A stretch of 64,000 nucleotides of DNA from an uncultured archaeon. Lineage in GTDB: Archaea; Nanobdellota; Nanobdellia; Pacearchaeales; GW2011-AR1. The first letter of the stretch is position 1, and each line of letters opens with the position of its first letter. Below the pieces are notes generated by a model. That model was not told the DNA's origin. It searched no databases and saw only the letters and a program-made list of their open reading frames with translations. Of the stretch, positions 36,951 to 46,000 are shown one piece after another. A program made the translations under genes and the position numbers. Location: assembly GCA_902385625.1 (NCBI GenBank), contig CABMGE010000007.1, positions 1,565-65,564 on the forward strand, read 5' to 3'.

Positions 36951-36973
36951 ATTTATATTTTAGCAAACCAGGA

Positions 36974-37216
36974 CTAGAACATTCCTTTTATTTTTTCTAA
37001 AACAGATCTTTCTTTTTTTCTTCTCATCCCGTTTATTATTTCAGAAGTAACTGCTCCGGCTATTGCGCCTACTGCAGCAGCGATTATAATTGAGGCATAG
37101 GGATGTTCTTTTATTACATCTTCTGTTTTTTCCTTTACATCACTTAGTCTTTCTTCTGAAGAATTCCAAATATCCTTTGCTTTTTCTTTTAATCCCCTGT
37201 TTTTTTTAGCTGGCAT
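36974..37216 (-). CDS. ElaB/YqjD-like (DUF883-like) small C-terminally anchored protein
   Basis: Charged N-terminus followed by EHPYASIIIAAAVGAIAGAV, a C-terminal TM segment. Confidence 0.35.
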   Translation of the reverse strand: MPAKKNRGLKEKAKDIWNSSEERLSDVKEKTEDVIKEHPYASIIIAAAVGAIAGAVTSEIINGMRRKKERSVLEKIKGMF

Positions 37217-37237
37217 TTTATATATTTATCCTCCCTT

Positions 37238-37525
37238 TTAAACTAATTTTACAATGATTCCAATGATTAGGAACATTATACCCATTATTAAAAATGAAAC
37301 TGATTTACCCAAATGAACATATTCAATTAAGAAAAAAACTGCAGATAAAACCAAAAATAAAATCGAAATAAATATTATAAGAATAGCAATCAGTTCTTTT
37401 ATTATCTGTCTTTTTATTTTATTAATTCTTATTTCAATATTTCTGCATAACTCTTCTTCGAGTTGCTTTAAAAATCTTTGAACACTTGTTGAAAGGCTTT
37501 CTTTGATGTAATCTAGTATTCCCAT
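37238..37525 (-). CDS. small two-TM membrane protein (YqjE-like?)
   Basis: 95 aa, with a 4-nt gap... adjacent to the ElaB-like gene. Confidence 0.3.
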   Translation of the reverse strand: MGILDYIKESLSTSVQRFLKQLEEELCRNIEIRINKIKRQIIKELIAILIIFISILFLVLSAVFFLIEYVHLGKSVSFLIMGIMFLIIGIIVKLV

Positions 37526-37656
37526 TGTTAATTTAATGATTGTCTAATTTTTAAACATCCCTGTTTACTAAAATATATTAATATAATATAGAGATTGGAG
37601 TAATGTTATTGTTAATATTCTTTTTAGATTTATATAAATAATTTGTCTTGTTTTAT

Positions 37657-37707
37657 ACAACAAAGATTTAAATTAAATTTTTAATGTATAATTTTATACA
37701 TGAATGT
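37657..37707 (+). repeat. conserved intergenic module Y, copy 2
   Basis: ttaatgtataattttatacatgaatgtataaaatt. Confidence 0.55.
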
Positions 37708-37716
37708 ATAAAATTA

Positions 37717-37746
37717 GATGTGATAACTATTTTATTCGAAATCAAT
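37717..37746 (+). repeat. conserved intergenic module Z, copy 2
   Basis: ctattttattcgaaatcaattcgcctaaaa. Confidence 0.5.
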
Positions 37747-37805
37747 TCGCCTAAAATAGATATTCTCTAGTATTTTTTATATTTTATGTTGACTTCAATC
37801 TTAAA

Positions 37806-38018
37806 ATGGCAAAATATGGAAAAGCTGCTCAAAAAAGTGTAAAAAAAGCAGTACATAAATACAAGAAAGGAAAATTGAAAAGTGGAAAAAGTGGGAAAAA
37901 AGTTAAGAATCGAAAACAAGCTGTTGCAATTGGTCTTTCTGAGGCAAGAAAAAAAGGTGCAAAAGTTCCAACTAAGAAATATATGTCTTTTTTAAATATA
38001 TTTTCTTTTAATCGTTAA
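37806..38018 (+). CDS. small lysine-rich basic protein
   Basis: MAKYGKAAQKSVKKAVHKYKKGKLKSGKSGKKVKNRKQAVAIGLSEARKKGAKVP. Conserved modules Y and Z lie upstream. Confidence 0.35.
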   Translation: MAKYGKAAQKSVKKAVHKYKKGKLKSGKSGKKVKNRKQAVAIGLSEARKKGAKVPTKKYMSFLNIFSFNR

Positions 38019-38997
38019 TTTTTTTAAGGTCTCTTAAAAATTCAATAAAAAAACTCAAAACCATAGGGCCTATAAGAAAACCAAAAAATCCGAAGATTGG
38101 AATCCCTCCTAAAACTCCAAGTAAAATTATTATCGGATGTATCGAAGATTTTTTTGCAACAATTGTCGGCGCAATAAAGTGATCCACAAGTACAGTCATT
38201 AATAATCCGGTGATTAATATAATGCCTGCTGAAACCAATGAATTGTTTATCAGGTTAAAAATAAATACAGGGATCCACACAATTGAAGGACCAAGCATAG
38301 GGATAAAAGCAAATAGAGCGATTAAAAAAGCGAGCAAAAAATAACCATTTAATCCTGCAAGTTTAAATCCTACGAATGCAATTGTAAAATCAATTATTGC
38401 AATTAAGAAATAGCCGTAAAAAATATTTTTAGTTGTTTTTCCAACCCTGCTCATAATTTCATCCTTATTCTTTAATGGAAATATTTCTTTTAAAATAACA
38501 ATAAAATTATTCCATTCAAACAATAAGAAAAATGTCAGAAATACTATAATTATCAAATGGACAATAAATAAAGGGATGTCTTTTGCAACAGATACACTAA
38601 ACAATAAAATAAATTCATTTATTTTTTCACTAAACTGTCCATAATAATTTCCATGAGGAATTCCAATTTTTTCTGCATAACCGGATATAGAACTTGTAAA
38701 TCTAATCAAGCTATCTTTATTCAGATACTGTGAAGCTTCATTTGTTAGAGAGAATGCTACTGAAGAGCCGATTACCAGGATGATTATAAAGACTGCAAGA
38801 ATTATAAGTATTGCAGAAAGTTTTTTATTTATATGCCGAGATAAATAATTTTGTATTGGAAGAAGAAGGTAGGTAATTATAAAAGACGAGAGTATTGCAG
38901 TTAGAAAATCTTTTACAATAAAATAAGAAATTAAGCCCAGTATTAATACTGCTACAAACAAATAAATTTTTTCTTCTTTTGTATTTAGATTTGCCAT
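38008..38997 (-). CDS. AI-2E (UPF0118/PerM) family transporter
   Basis: About 8 TM helices; length and topology fit the family. Confidence 0.55.
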   Translation of the reverse strand: MANLNTKEEKIYLFVAVLILGLISYFIVKDFLTAILSSFIITYLLLPIQNYLSRHINKKLSAILIILAVFIIILVIGSSVAFSLTNEASQYLNKDSLIRFTSSISGYAEKIGIPHGNYYGQFSEKINEFILLFSVSVAKDIPLFIVHLIIIVFLTFFLLFEWNNFIVILKEIFPLKNKDEIMSRVGKTTKNIFYGYFLIAIIDFTIAFVGFKLAGLNGYFLLAFLIALFAFIPMLGPSIVWIPVFIFNLINNSLVSAGIILITGLLMTVLVDHFIAPTIVAKKSSIHPIIILLGVLGGIPIFGFFGFLIGPMVLSFFIEFLRDLKKIND

Positions 38998-39605
38998 TTT
39001 TGAAAAGTTGGCGCTTTAGACAGGTAAATTCAGGAGATTATTTTTTTAAAATGAGATTAGTCAAAAAAAAACAACACGATTATATAAAGAAAAGCGACTT
39101 ATTTTTTTCTATGGATAAAGTTGTTCACTTCGAGATACCTGTAGAAGATATTGAAAGAGCAAAAAGTTTCTACAGGACTACTTTTGGCTGGGAAATCATA
39201 GGTATTCCAGAAATGGATTATAATTTTGTTCATACTTGCCAGACTGATGAGGATGGAATGATTAGTGAGAAAGGGGCCATCAATGGAGGCATTAGGAAAA
39301 AAAATGAGATAATAAAGTCTCCTGTAATTACAATTAATGTTTCAGACATTAATGAAGCATTATTTTTAATTGAAAAAAATGGTGGAAAAATGATAATTAA
39401 AAACAAAGTTGGAAACATTGGATTTTCAGCATATTTTGAAGATACTGAAGGAAATGTAATTGGACTTTGGCAATCAATTCCAATACAAGAGATTTTAGAT
39501 GCGAGTGTTCAGGAGGATATAGATATCCTTGGACAAAATATTCATGAAGAAAAGTTAGAAAATGAAAAAACAGAAGAAAAGAAAGTTCTTTTAAATGAAA
39601 TATAA
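38979..39605 (+). CDS. VOC (glyoxalase/bleomycin-resistance) family protein; true start probably 39113 (MDKVVHF...)
   Basis: VVHFEIPVEDIERAKSFYRTTFGWE ... GNVIGLWQ fits the betaalphabetabetabeta VOC module. Confidence 0.55.
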   Translation: MYLDLPFLKSWRFRQVNSGDYFFKMRLVKKKQHDYIKKSDLFFSMDKVVHFEIPVEDIERAKSFYRTTFGWEIIGIPEMDYNFVHTCQTDEDGMISEKGAINGGIRKKNEIIKSPVITINVSDINEALFLIEKNGGKMIIKNKVGNIGFSAYFEDTEGNVIGLWQSIPIQEILDASVQEDIDILGQNIHEEKLENEKTEEKKVLLNEI

Positions 39606-39612
39606 ATAACTT

Positions 39613-40107
39613 TTAATCGTCATCATTTCTAGATCTGGTTGGAGGGCTTTGTTTTATTGAAGATGTTTTATTCCCAATTTCTGAAACAGTTAGATTTGTA
39701 TTTAAATCTCCAATAAAATAAGCATCAAGAAGAGAATTTGCATTTGCTGAATGAGGACTTCCGCGATTTCCCTTAGTATCATATAATTCAGTTGCATCTT
39801 TTCCACAGCCTGAAACTATTGTTGAGTAACCTCCGGGATGAGAACCAATATATGAGGTTATATCATAAACTTTATTGTTAATAATCATCCAGCAATCAGT
39901 TGCTTTGTTATGTTTTTCTATTTCTTGCAATGTTAAACCTATTGTATCTGATAAACTTCCATTTTCCTGAATCTGAGATCCTGGCCTGGAGATTAAATTT
40001 GAGGAATTATTTTTATTGGCTATTAAAAAACCGGTAATAAAGAGTGCCACTAAAAAAGCCCAGGCGATAAAAATTCCTGTATAAAAAATTGCTTTTGTTA
40101 GTTTCAT
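39613..40107 (-). CDS. membrane-anchored cytochrome b5-like heme-binding protein
   Basis: HNKATDCWMIINNKVYDIT...HPGG motif. Its start overlaps the next gene by 4 nt. Confidence 0.6.
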   Translation of the reverse strand: MKLTKAIFYTGIFIAWAFLVALFITGFLIANKNNSSNLISRPGSQIQENGSLSDTIGLTLQEIEKHNKATDCWMIINNKVYDITSYIGSHPGGYSTIVSGCGKDATELYDTKGNRGSPHSANANSLLDAYFIGDLNTNLTVSEIGNKTSSIKQSPPTRSRNDDD

Positions 40108-41420
40108 AATCCAAATTCCTCAGTTATTATATTTTTCTTATTTATTCCAAATGAGATTAATTGTTTTTTAATTGAATTCATCATATTTGGAGGACCACAT
40201 ATAAAAATTTTGCTGTTACTTAAGTATTTGGAGTTATTCTTTATATATTCTAAATTTAAAAGGCCGCTTTTTTCAGATATAAACGGATAAATGTTTAATT
40301 TTTTAGTTTTTGAAATTTTATTTGAGATTTCTTTTAATTCTTTTAAAAATACGCATTCTTTTTCAGTTTTTACAGAATAATACAGATCGATATTATCCCC
40401 ATCAAAAGAACCTGGGCTGTCATCAATTGACCGAATCATTGAAATAAAGGGGGTAATCCCTATTCCCCCTGAAATAAAAATGTAATTGTTTGAATGATGA
40501 TTAACAAATGAGAATTTTCCAAATGGACCTTCCAGTTTTACTTTACTTCCCACTTTTACATTCTTAAGGTTTGCAGTATAGTCTCCAAGATCTTTTATTG
40601 AAAAAATAATATCTTTTTTATTTGGAGAAGAGCAGATTGTAAATGGATGAGGCTCGTTTGTAGTTATATCTGACTCAATTGACAAGAATGCAAATTGACC
40701 TGGAATATAATTAAGAGGTTTATCTTTTGTTTCAAGAGTTATTTCGGTTAGATTTCCAATTTGTTTTATTGATTTTACAGTGTATTCGTATCTCTTCACG
40801 AATTTTTTCCAAAAAAGAGTTCTGTATGAAAAAGAACCGATTCCGATTATAATAAATAAAACCATGTAACTTTTAAGAAAAATACTTCGAGAAACATCGC
40901 TTGAAATTAATAATACATGAAGACTTGCAAGAATATATGAAAATCCAAGAAGCTTGTGGTTAAATTTCCAGGTTTGGTATTTGAATTTTGAAATAAATGT
41001 CAGGATCAAAAATAATTCCATTGAAAACAATGCAAAATTTCCAAGTGTTATTGCTAAATTACTGATCTGCAGAAGAAACTTTGCAGCAACAACTATTGAA
41101 CTTGTTATAAACTGGCTTGCTAAAAATAGCGGATGAAAAAGCAGAAGCAAGAAAGATATAATTCCTATATTGTGATGGGCTTTGTAAGTCTTATCAAGTC
41201 CAAAAAACAATTTTTCTGTAAATTTTAATCTTGTATTTAATAATAAAGTTATAGAAAACAAAACCATTCCACAAAGACCTAAAATTTTTCCAATACTTCT
41301 CATTGAATTTGAAAAATTGGAAAATGATACAGAGTCACCAGGGAAAATCAGTAAATAGAGTACTGGAATTATTGCAAGAATAAATACCCATAGATACCCT
41401 GTTTTTTTAAAGAAATCCAT
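40104..41420 (-). CDS. ferric-reductase/NOX-family transmembrane flavocytochrome (FAD/NAD-binding)
   Basis: His-containing TM domain, HPFTICSSP (FAD-binding motif) and GGIGITPFISMI (NAD-binding motif). Confidence 0.65.
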   Translation of the reverse strand: MDFFKKTGYLWVFILAIIPVLYLLIFPGDSVSFSNFSNSMRSIGKILGLCGMVLFSITLLLNTRLKFTEKLFFGLDKTYKAHHNIGIISFLLLLFHPLFLASQFITSSIVVAAKFLLQISNLAITLGNFALFSMELFLILTFISKFKYQTWKFNHKLLGFSYILASLHVLLISSDVSRSIFLKSYMVLFIIIGIGSFSYRTLFWKKFVKRYEYTVKSIKQIGNLTEITLETKDKPLNYIPGQFAFLSIESDITTNEPHPFTICSSPNKKDIIFSIKDLGDYTANLKNVKVGSKVKLEGPFGKFSFVNHHSNNYIFISGGIGITPFISMIRSIDDSPGSFDGDNIDLYYSVKTEKECVFLKELKEISNKISKTKKLNIYPFISEKSGLLNLEYIKNNSKYLSNSKIFICGPPNMMNSIKKQLISFGINKKNIITEEFGL

Positions 41421-41493
41421 AATATTATCTATAAATTCATGTTTTAAAAGCTTATGAATTTATATTTCCTATAGAAAATCCGAGTTCTTTATT

Positions 41494-42000
41494 TTAAGCT
41501 ACTGACTTTAGAAATTCTTCCATTGATCCATTTGGAAGTATTACTGCATTATACAGTTGATCTCTAATATAATCTGCACATCTTGATGCAGGAATTGATT
41601 CTCCATTTAAGTTCTCTTTTAACTTTATTGCATTTTTTATTGCTTCTAGATCAGATTCTACTAAAATTTGCTCGCCGATTAGATAATTAGCAATATTTCT
41701 AAATTCTTGATCAGCATGAATCATTAAATCATCATATTTTGAACATACTTTTCCAACTGTCAGATTATGATCTAAATTATTGTCTGACTTATCACCCTCG
41801 CCTGGAACTATTGAAGTATAAAAAAGAAGATCTGCTATATATTCTGCAGCTGTTTTTTCCTGGCCAGATTCTATTGCAGTGATTAAATCACCATCAATTA
41901 GTCTTTCTCCGACTATATCATGACCGATACGTGAAAAAAGTCCTTTAACCGACCTTATATCAACTTCATTTTTAAGTAAGTCTGAAAGTGTTTTTGCCAT
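41494..42000 (-). CDS. hypothetical protein
   Basis: 168-aa ORF. Confidence 0.4.
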   Translation of the reverse strand: MAKTLSDLLKNEVDIRSVKGLFSRIGHDIVGERLIDGDLITAIESGQEKTAAEYIADLLFYTSIVPGEGDKSDNNLDHNLTVGKVCSKYDDLMIHADQEFRNIANYLIGEQILVESDLEAIKNAIKLKENLNGESIPASRCADYIRDQLYNAVILPNGSMEEFLKSVA

Positions 42001-42074
42001 ATTTAGATGAATTCTTAGAAGTTTATAAAGCTTTTGCTATGTAGTTACTTTAAAGTGATACTAGATAAGGCCTA

Positions 42075-42656
42075 TTAATGATTTTCACAAATATACACAA
42101 TTGTGAGAGGAGGTATGTTTCTAAAAACAACCCTTGATTTAACCGAAGAGAAATATTGTTTTAACAAATCTCCTTCTGGAAAATACTTGTATTGTATGTA
42201 TCTTTGGGCTTCTTTTGAGGCATTTAAAATACTATGAACAACATTTTTTGGCATGGAGGTTAAAGGCAGACCTGAAACAATACAGTCAAAATCCTGGATG
42301 TAATCCTGAAAATTTTCTGCACTCTCCCCAATAATTGTAAGCCTGGAGTCTTCAATTTGTATTAGATGCTCGAGAAGTCTTGGATTATTTTCAAATGCAG
42401 TGAGCCTCACTGCTTCTTCTTTTAGTTCATTTAAAATAGCTTTTGTGACTGGCCCTGCACCTGCGCCAAGTTCAACGATATTATATCCTACAACCTGTTT
42501 TGCAACTGCTTTTGCAAGATATTTTGAACTTTGAAACGGAGTTCCTAACTGCTTTCTATTTCTCACAAATTCTTTTACAAAATCTCCATTTGAATTTCTC
42601 TTTTTCATGAGTATATTAAAGAGAATTAAAATATATATAAGTTTTGAATTGACCAA
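42075..42656 (-). CDS. SAM-dependent methyltransferase (KsgA/Erm-like motif I)
   Basis: The IVELGAGAGPVTKAIL motif. Confidence 0.5.
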   Translation of the reverse strand: MVNSKLIYILILFNILMKKRNSNGDFVKEFVRNRKQLGTPFQSSKYLAKAVAKQVVGYNIVELGAGAGPVTKAILNELKEEAVRLTAFENNPRLLEHLIQIEDSRLTIIGESAENFQDYIQDFDCIVSGLPLTSMPKNVVHSILNASKEAQRYIQYKYFPEGDLLKQYFSSVKSRVVFRNIPPLTIVYICENH

Positions 42657-43293
42657 TCATAAAAAACTTTATAAAGGATATTATTTTAAAGTGGTAACTA
42701 TGACTGAACCACAAAACCCGAAATCTGAAGAAAAAGAAAGTATTTGGGATCGAGATATAGGAGAATTTTTTGAAAATGCAGGCTTGATAATTTACAATAA
42801 TGGTTCTAGAGTTTATGGAGCTGTTTCTGAAATTAGTTCGAATGCATATAATCGAAGTGTAAATTTTATATCAGAATATGGAAGAACAATTGGAAGAACT
42901 AGTGTCAAAGTTGCAGCTTTTGGTTTAATTGGATATGTTGGAATAAAAGGAGGATCATTTATTGCAAATTATAGACTCGCTGATCTTCCAAATCAAAATC
43001 AAGTTGTTTCTACTGTTTTAAAACAAGTTAAGGGAACTGAATATGGTTCTGTTGTTCAAAAAAACAGCACTCAAACAGTATTTCAAAAACAAAAAGATGG
43101 CAAGTTTAGAAAGCTTGATGATTTAAAAGATGATGAATTAAAAACACTTGCAGGAAGCAAAGAAGAAATAAAAAAATTAGAAGAAGAAAGGGACAAAGAA
43201 GTAAAAGCAATAAAAGAAAGCTATGATTCAAAAGTAAAAGATATAAGGGGCTCATATGAAAAACTGGAGGAAAAGGCAAACACTTTAAATTAA
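42607..43293 (+). CDS. hypothetical protein (likely start at the internal Met, MTEPQNP)
   Basis: ORF with a K/E-rich C-terminus. Confidence 0.4.
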   Translation: MSILKRIKIYISFELTNHKKLYKGYYFKVVTMTEPQNPKSEEKESIWDRDIGEFFENAGLIIYNNGSRVYGAVSEISSNAYNRSVNFISEYGRTIGRTSVKVAAFGLIGYVGIKGGSFIANYRLADLPNQNQVVSTVLKQVKGTEYGSVVQKNSTQTVFQKQKDGKFRKLDDLKDDELKTLAGSKEEIKKLEEERDKEVKAIKESYDSKVKDIRGSYEKLEEKANTLN

Positions 43294-43294
43294 A

Positions 43295-43705
43295 ATGAAA
43301 TTTTATTGTTCAACTAAAACTTTTTGCATAGGTCTTGCAGTTCTTGGAGTTGGAGCCTTATATGGGAACTTTAAAACTTCAAGAGATATTTATTCCTCTG
43401 CACCAAAGGCTTCGGCACCTGTAAAACTTTTAGAGGGAAAAATTGATTCTAATGACTCTTTAGATTTAGTTGTTAGACTTGAAAATAAACATGATGAAAT
43501 AATGCTTAATTGCGAAGGAAAATATGTTAATGCAAGAAATGAAATGACTGATCAGTTAAAAAAAGCAGAAGAAGAGTATAATGCAAATATTAATAATAAA
43601 CAAAAAGCTCATCAAAAAAGTGTAACTGAAAAAACAAGAGAGTATAATTCTAAAAAAGCTGGAATAGAAAAGAAATATAGCGATATAGAAAGAGAACTTA
43701 GATAA
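43295..43705 (+). CDS. hypothetical coiled-coil protein
   Basis: 136 aa, separated from the previous gene by a 1-nt gap. Confidence 0.4.
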   Translation: MKFYCSTKTFCIGLAVLGVGALYGNFKTSRDIYSSAPKASAPVKLLEGKIDSNDSLDLVVRLENKHDEIMLNCEGKYVNARNEMTDQLKKAEEEYNANINNKQKAHQKSVTEKTREYNSKKAGIEKKYSDIERELR

Positions 43706-43724
43706 CACGGTTTAGAAGATTGTT

Positions 43725-44069
43725 TTACTCTAAAAAAATATATCCCTGATCTTCCTTTGAATATTTTAATTTTAATAGCCCATAAATAAAACTATTAATA
43801 GAAGTCAAATAACACAAATAAGGACCAATCTTATCTAGAGCATAAGAAGACTTTTTATCCATATTGTCCTTTAGCCTTCCAAGAAAATTATCATCATAAA
43901 ATTTCTTATTTTCTAAAGGGTGCTTCAAGCATTCCTGATTAATTCTTACAATGTCTACTGCAAACTTTGCTGCAGAGAATAATCTATTGCTGTGATAAAC
44001 CAGATCTTCAAAATCATCTGCCTCTTCTCTTTCAACTACTTTTTCAAGGGAAATTAAACCTTGCATCAA
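43725..44069 (-). CDS. hypothetical protein
   Basis: 114-aa ORF. Confidence 0.35.
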   Translation of the reverse strand: MMQGLISLEKVVEREEADDFEDLVYHSNRLFSAAKFAVDIVRINQECLKHPLENKKFYDDNFLGRLKDNMDKKSSYALDKIGPYLCYLTSINSFIYGLLKLKYSKEDQGYIFLE

Positions 44070-44124
44070 GGATTAGAATCTTAACTGTTTAAAAGGATTA
44101 TTGAAATGAAATGAAACAGAATTA

Positions 44125-45945
44125 TTACAAATTTATATCAAAGTCACCAAGTTCGGACTTTAATAATTTCATCATATTATTATCAATTTTTACTCTGCTG
44201 CCTTTATGTTCTGCAAGAGTTTCATTTAGTTCATTAATATTTGAATCTTCTATTTTATCAGTTATTTTTTTAACGTTATTTTCAATAACTAAAAATGAAG
44301 GTTTTGTCAGGAATAATTCAGCATGTTTATTGTCAAAACTCAATACTATTTTTGTTTTCTCCAAAAGTCCTAATTCTTTTCTTTGAGCATATTCAATCAA
44401 ACCTTCTATCAAATAAACAGAGTCTTTTCTAAGTGTCTCAAACGCGTATTTTGTAGGAGCTTTTTTTGTTTTATATTCTCTTTTTATATTTACAAGTTCA
44501 TTTAATGTGTGCAAGAACTTCGGATTTGCCTTTCCTTTATTTACAAGGTCTTTTTCATATTCTTTTATTAATTCAGTTTCTTCTTTATCTCCAAAAATAG
44601 CCTTAAGCATTTTGAAAGTGTTTGAATATATATCCTCAACAGTCTTTTTCTGCATTTCTTTTTCAATATCTTCTCTTAATTCTTTTAATCTTTTTAAATA
44701 ATCATCAGAATCTTTCAATAGTTTGTCTACTTCTTTTCCGGTTACTTCTTTTACTTTTCCATGTTCGTAACCTTTGTAGTACTTTATTGCGATTTCCTCT
44801 AAAATATCTGCGTATTTTTTCTCAAGCATTTTTTCCTTTTCAACAAATATCCTTTTCATTTCCTTTACTGTTTCATAAACATTTGTTGGAGGCAAACCAT
44901 ATAACATAAGCATTGCCTGGCTTGGAGTTATGACTCCCCAATAAATATCTCCAATAACAATATCCAAAAGTCTTCTTTTAACAATATCTTGAGTTTTATC
45001 TCCCATTGACATGAACATATCAATAGATTCTGGAGAGGGTTTTATTTTACCCATTCTTAGCAGTAGTTTCCAAGGTAAGAATCCTCCACGATCATATAAT
45101 GGGACTCCGTCTCTTAGGAATGTATAGAATATTGGGTTTGCATCTTTTACTCCTTCCCAGAATTCAGTTAAAAGATAAACCTGTGGAGAAAGCTTGTTTT
45201 TTACTCCTGCAAGTTCTTCTGCTTGCATAACATAAGAATAGATAATATTTCTAAGTTTTTCCTTTAGTTCTAGTCTTGGCATTCTTTTAACATCTGTATC
45301 ATCAATTATAATATAAACATCAACATCACTTGTCTTTACTACTTCTCCACGAACTAAACTTCCTCCTACAACATAGGAGTAAACATATTTTTCAAATTTC
45401 TTTAAACATAATGATTTGTGTATTTGAGCAACTCTGAGAGCTCCTAAAATTCCCTTGTCATGAAGTGGAAAAGCCATTCCAATTGCTTCAATTATATTAT
45501 ATTTTGAATCAAGGCATATTTCCCATAAGTCTTTTTCCAAAAATAAGTTTAACCAGATTTTTTGTTCTGAATCTTTTATTCTCTTAATAATATCTGCTTT
45601 GATTTCATTGAATTCTTTTTCTTTGTCTCCCTCGATAATTACAAGAAGATGCATTGGCTTATTTTTTCTTTCTTCTTCACTAAGTTCATTTTCTTCATCA
45701 AACATATCTGCTGCTTGAGGAGGAATTATTCCAATCGCACTTACACATTTGTGTTTTCCTACAATATCTTTTTTAAGAGCTTCAAGTTTTTCCCTTACTT
45801 TTTGCATTTCTTTTTCTTCTTTTGGAGTTGGAGCACCAGGCACATTTCCTTTAATATCTGCTGTTTGATATCTTGAATTATCAAGAGTCATTTCTGCTTT
45901 TTCAGCATTAGAATTCTTTTCTTCTTTATTATTTTCTTTTGCCAT
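44125..45945 (-). CDS. large protein with a Pol-beta-type nucleotidyltransferase motif
   Basis: GGSLVRGEVVKTSDVDVYIIIDD matches the GS-x9-13-DxD pattern. Confidence 0.5.
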   Translation of the reverse strand: MAKENNKEEKNSNAEKAEMTLDNSRYQTADIKGNVPGAPTPKEEKEMQKVREKLEALKKDIVGKHKCVSAIGIIPPQAADMFDEENELSEEERKNKPMHLLVIIEGDKEKEFNEIKADIIKRIKDSEQKIWLNLFLEKDLWEICLDSKYNIIEAIGMAFPLHDKGILGALRVAQIHKSLCLKKFEKYVYSYVVGGSLVRGEVVKTSDVDVYIIIDDTDVKRMPRLELKEKLRNIIYSYVMQAEELAGVKNKLSPQVYLLTEFWEGVKDANPIFYTFLRDGVPLYDRGGFLPWKLLLRMGKIKPSPESIDMFMSMGDKTQDIVKRRLLDIVIGDIYWGVITPSQAMLMLYGLPPTNVYETVKEMKRIFVEKEKMLEKKYADILEEIAIKYYKGYEHGKVKEVTGKEVDKLLKDSDDYLKRLKELREDIEKEMQKKTVEDIYSNTFKMLKAIFGDKEETELIKEYEKDLVNKGKANPKFLHTLNELVNIKREYKTKKAPTKYAFETLRKDSVYLIEGLIEYAQRKELGLLEKTKIVLSFDNKHAELFLTKPSFLVIENNVKKITDKIEDSNINELNETLAEHKGSRVKIDNNMMKLLKSELGDFDINL

Positions 45946-46000
45946 TTTGTTTTTATATTTAATCTAAAAAATGTGTATATTTAAAGCTATCTTTACAATG

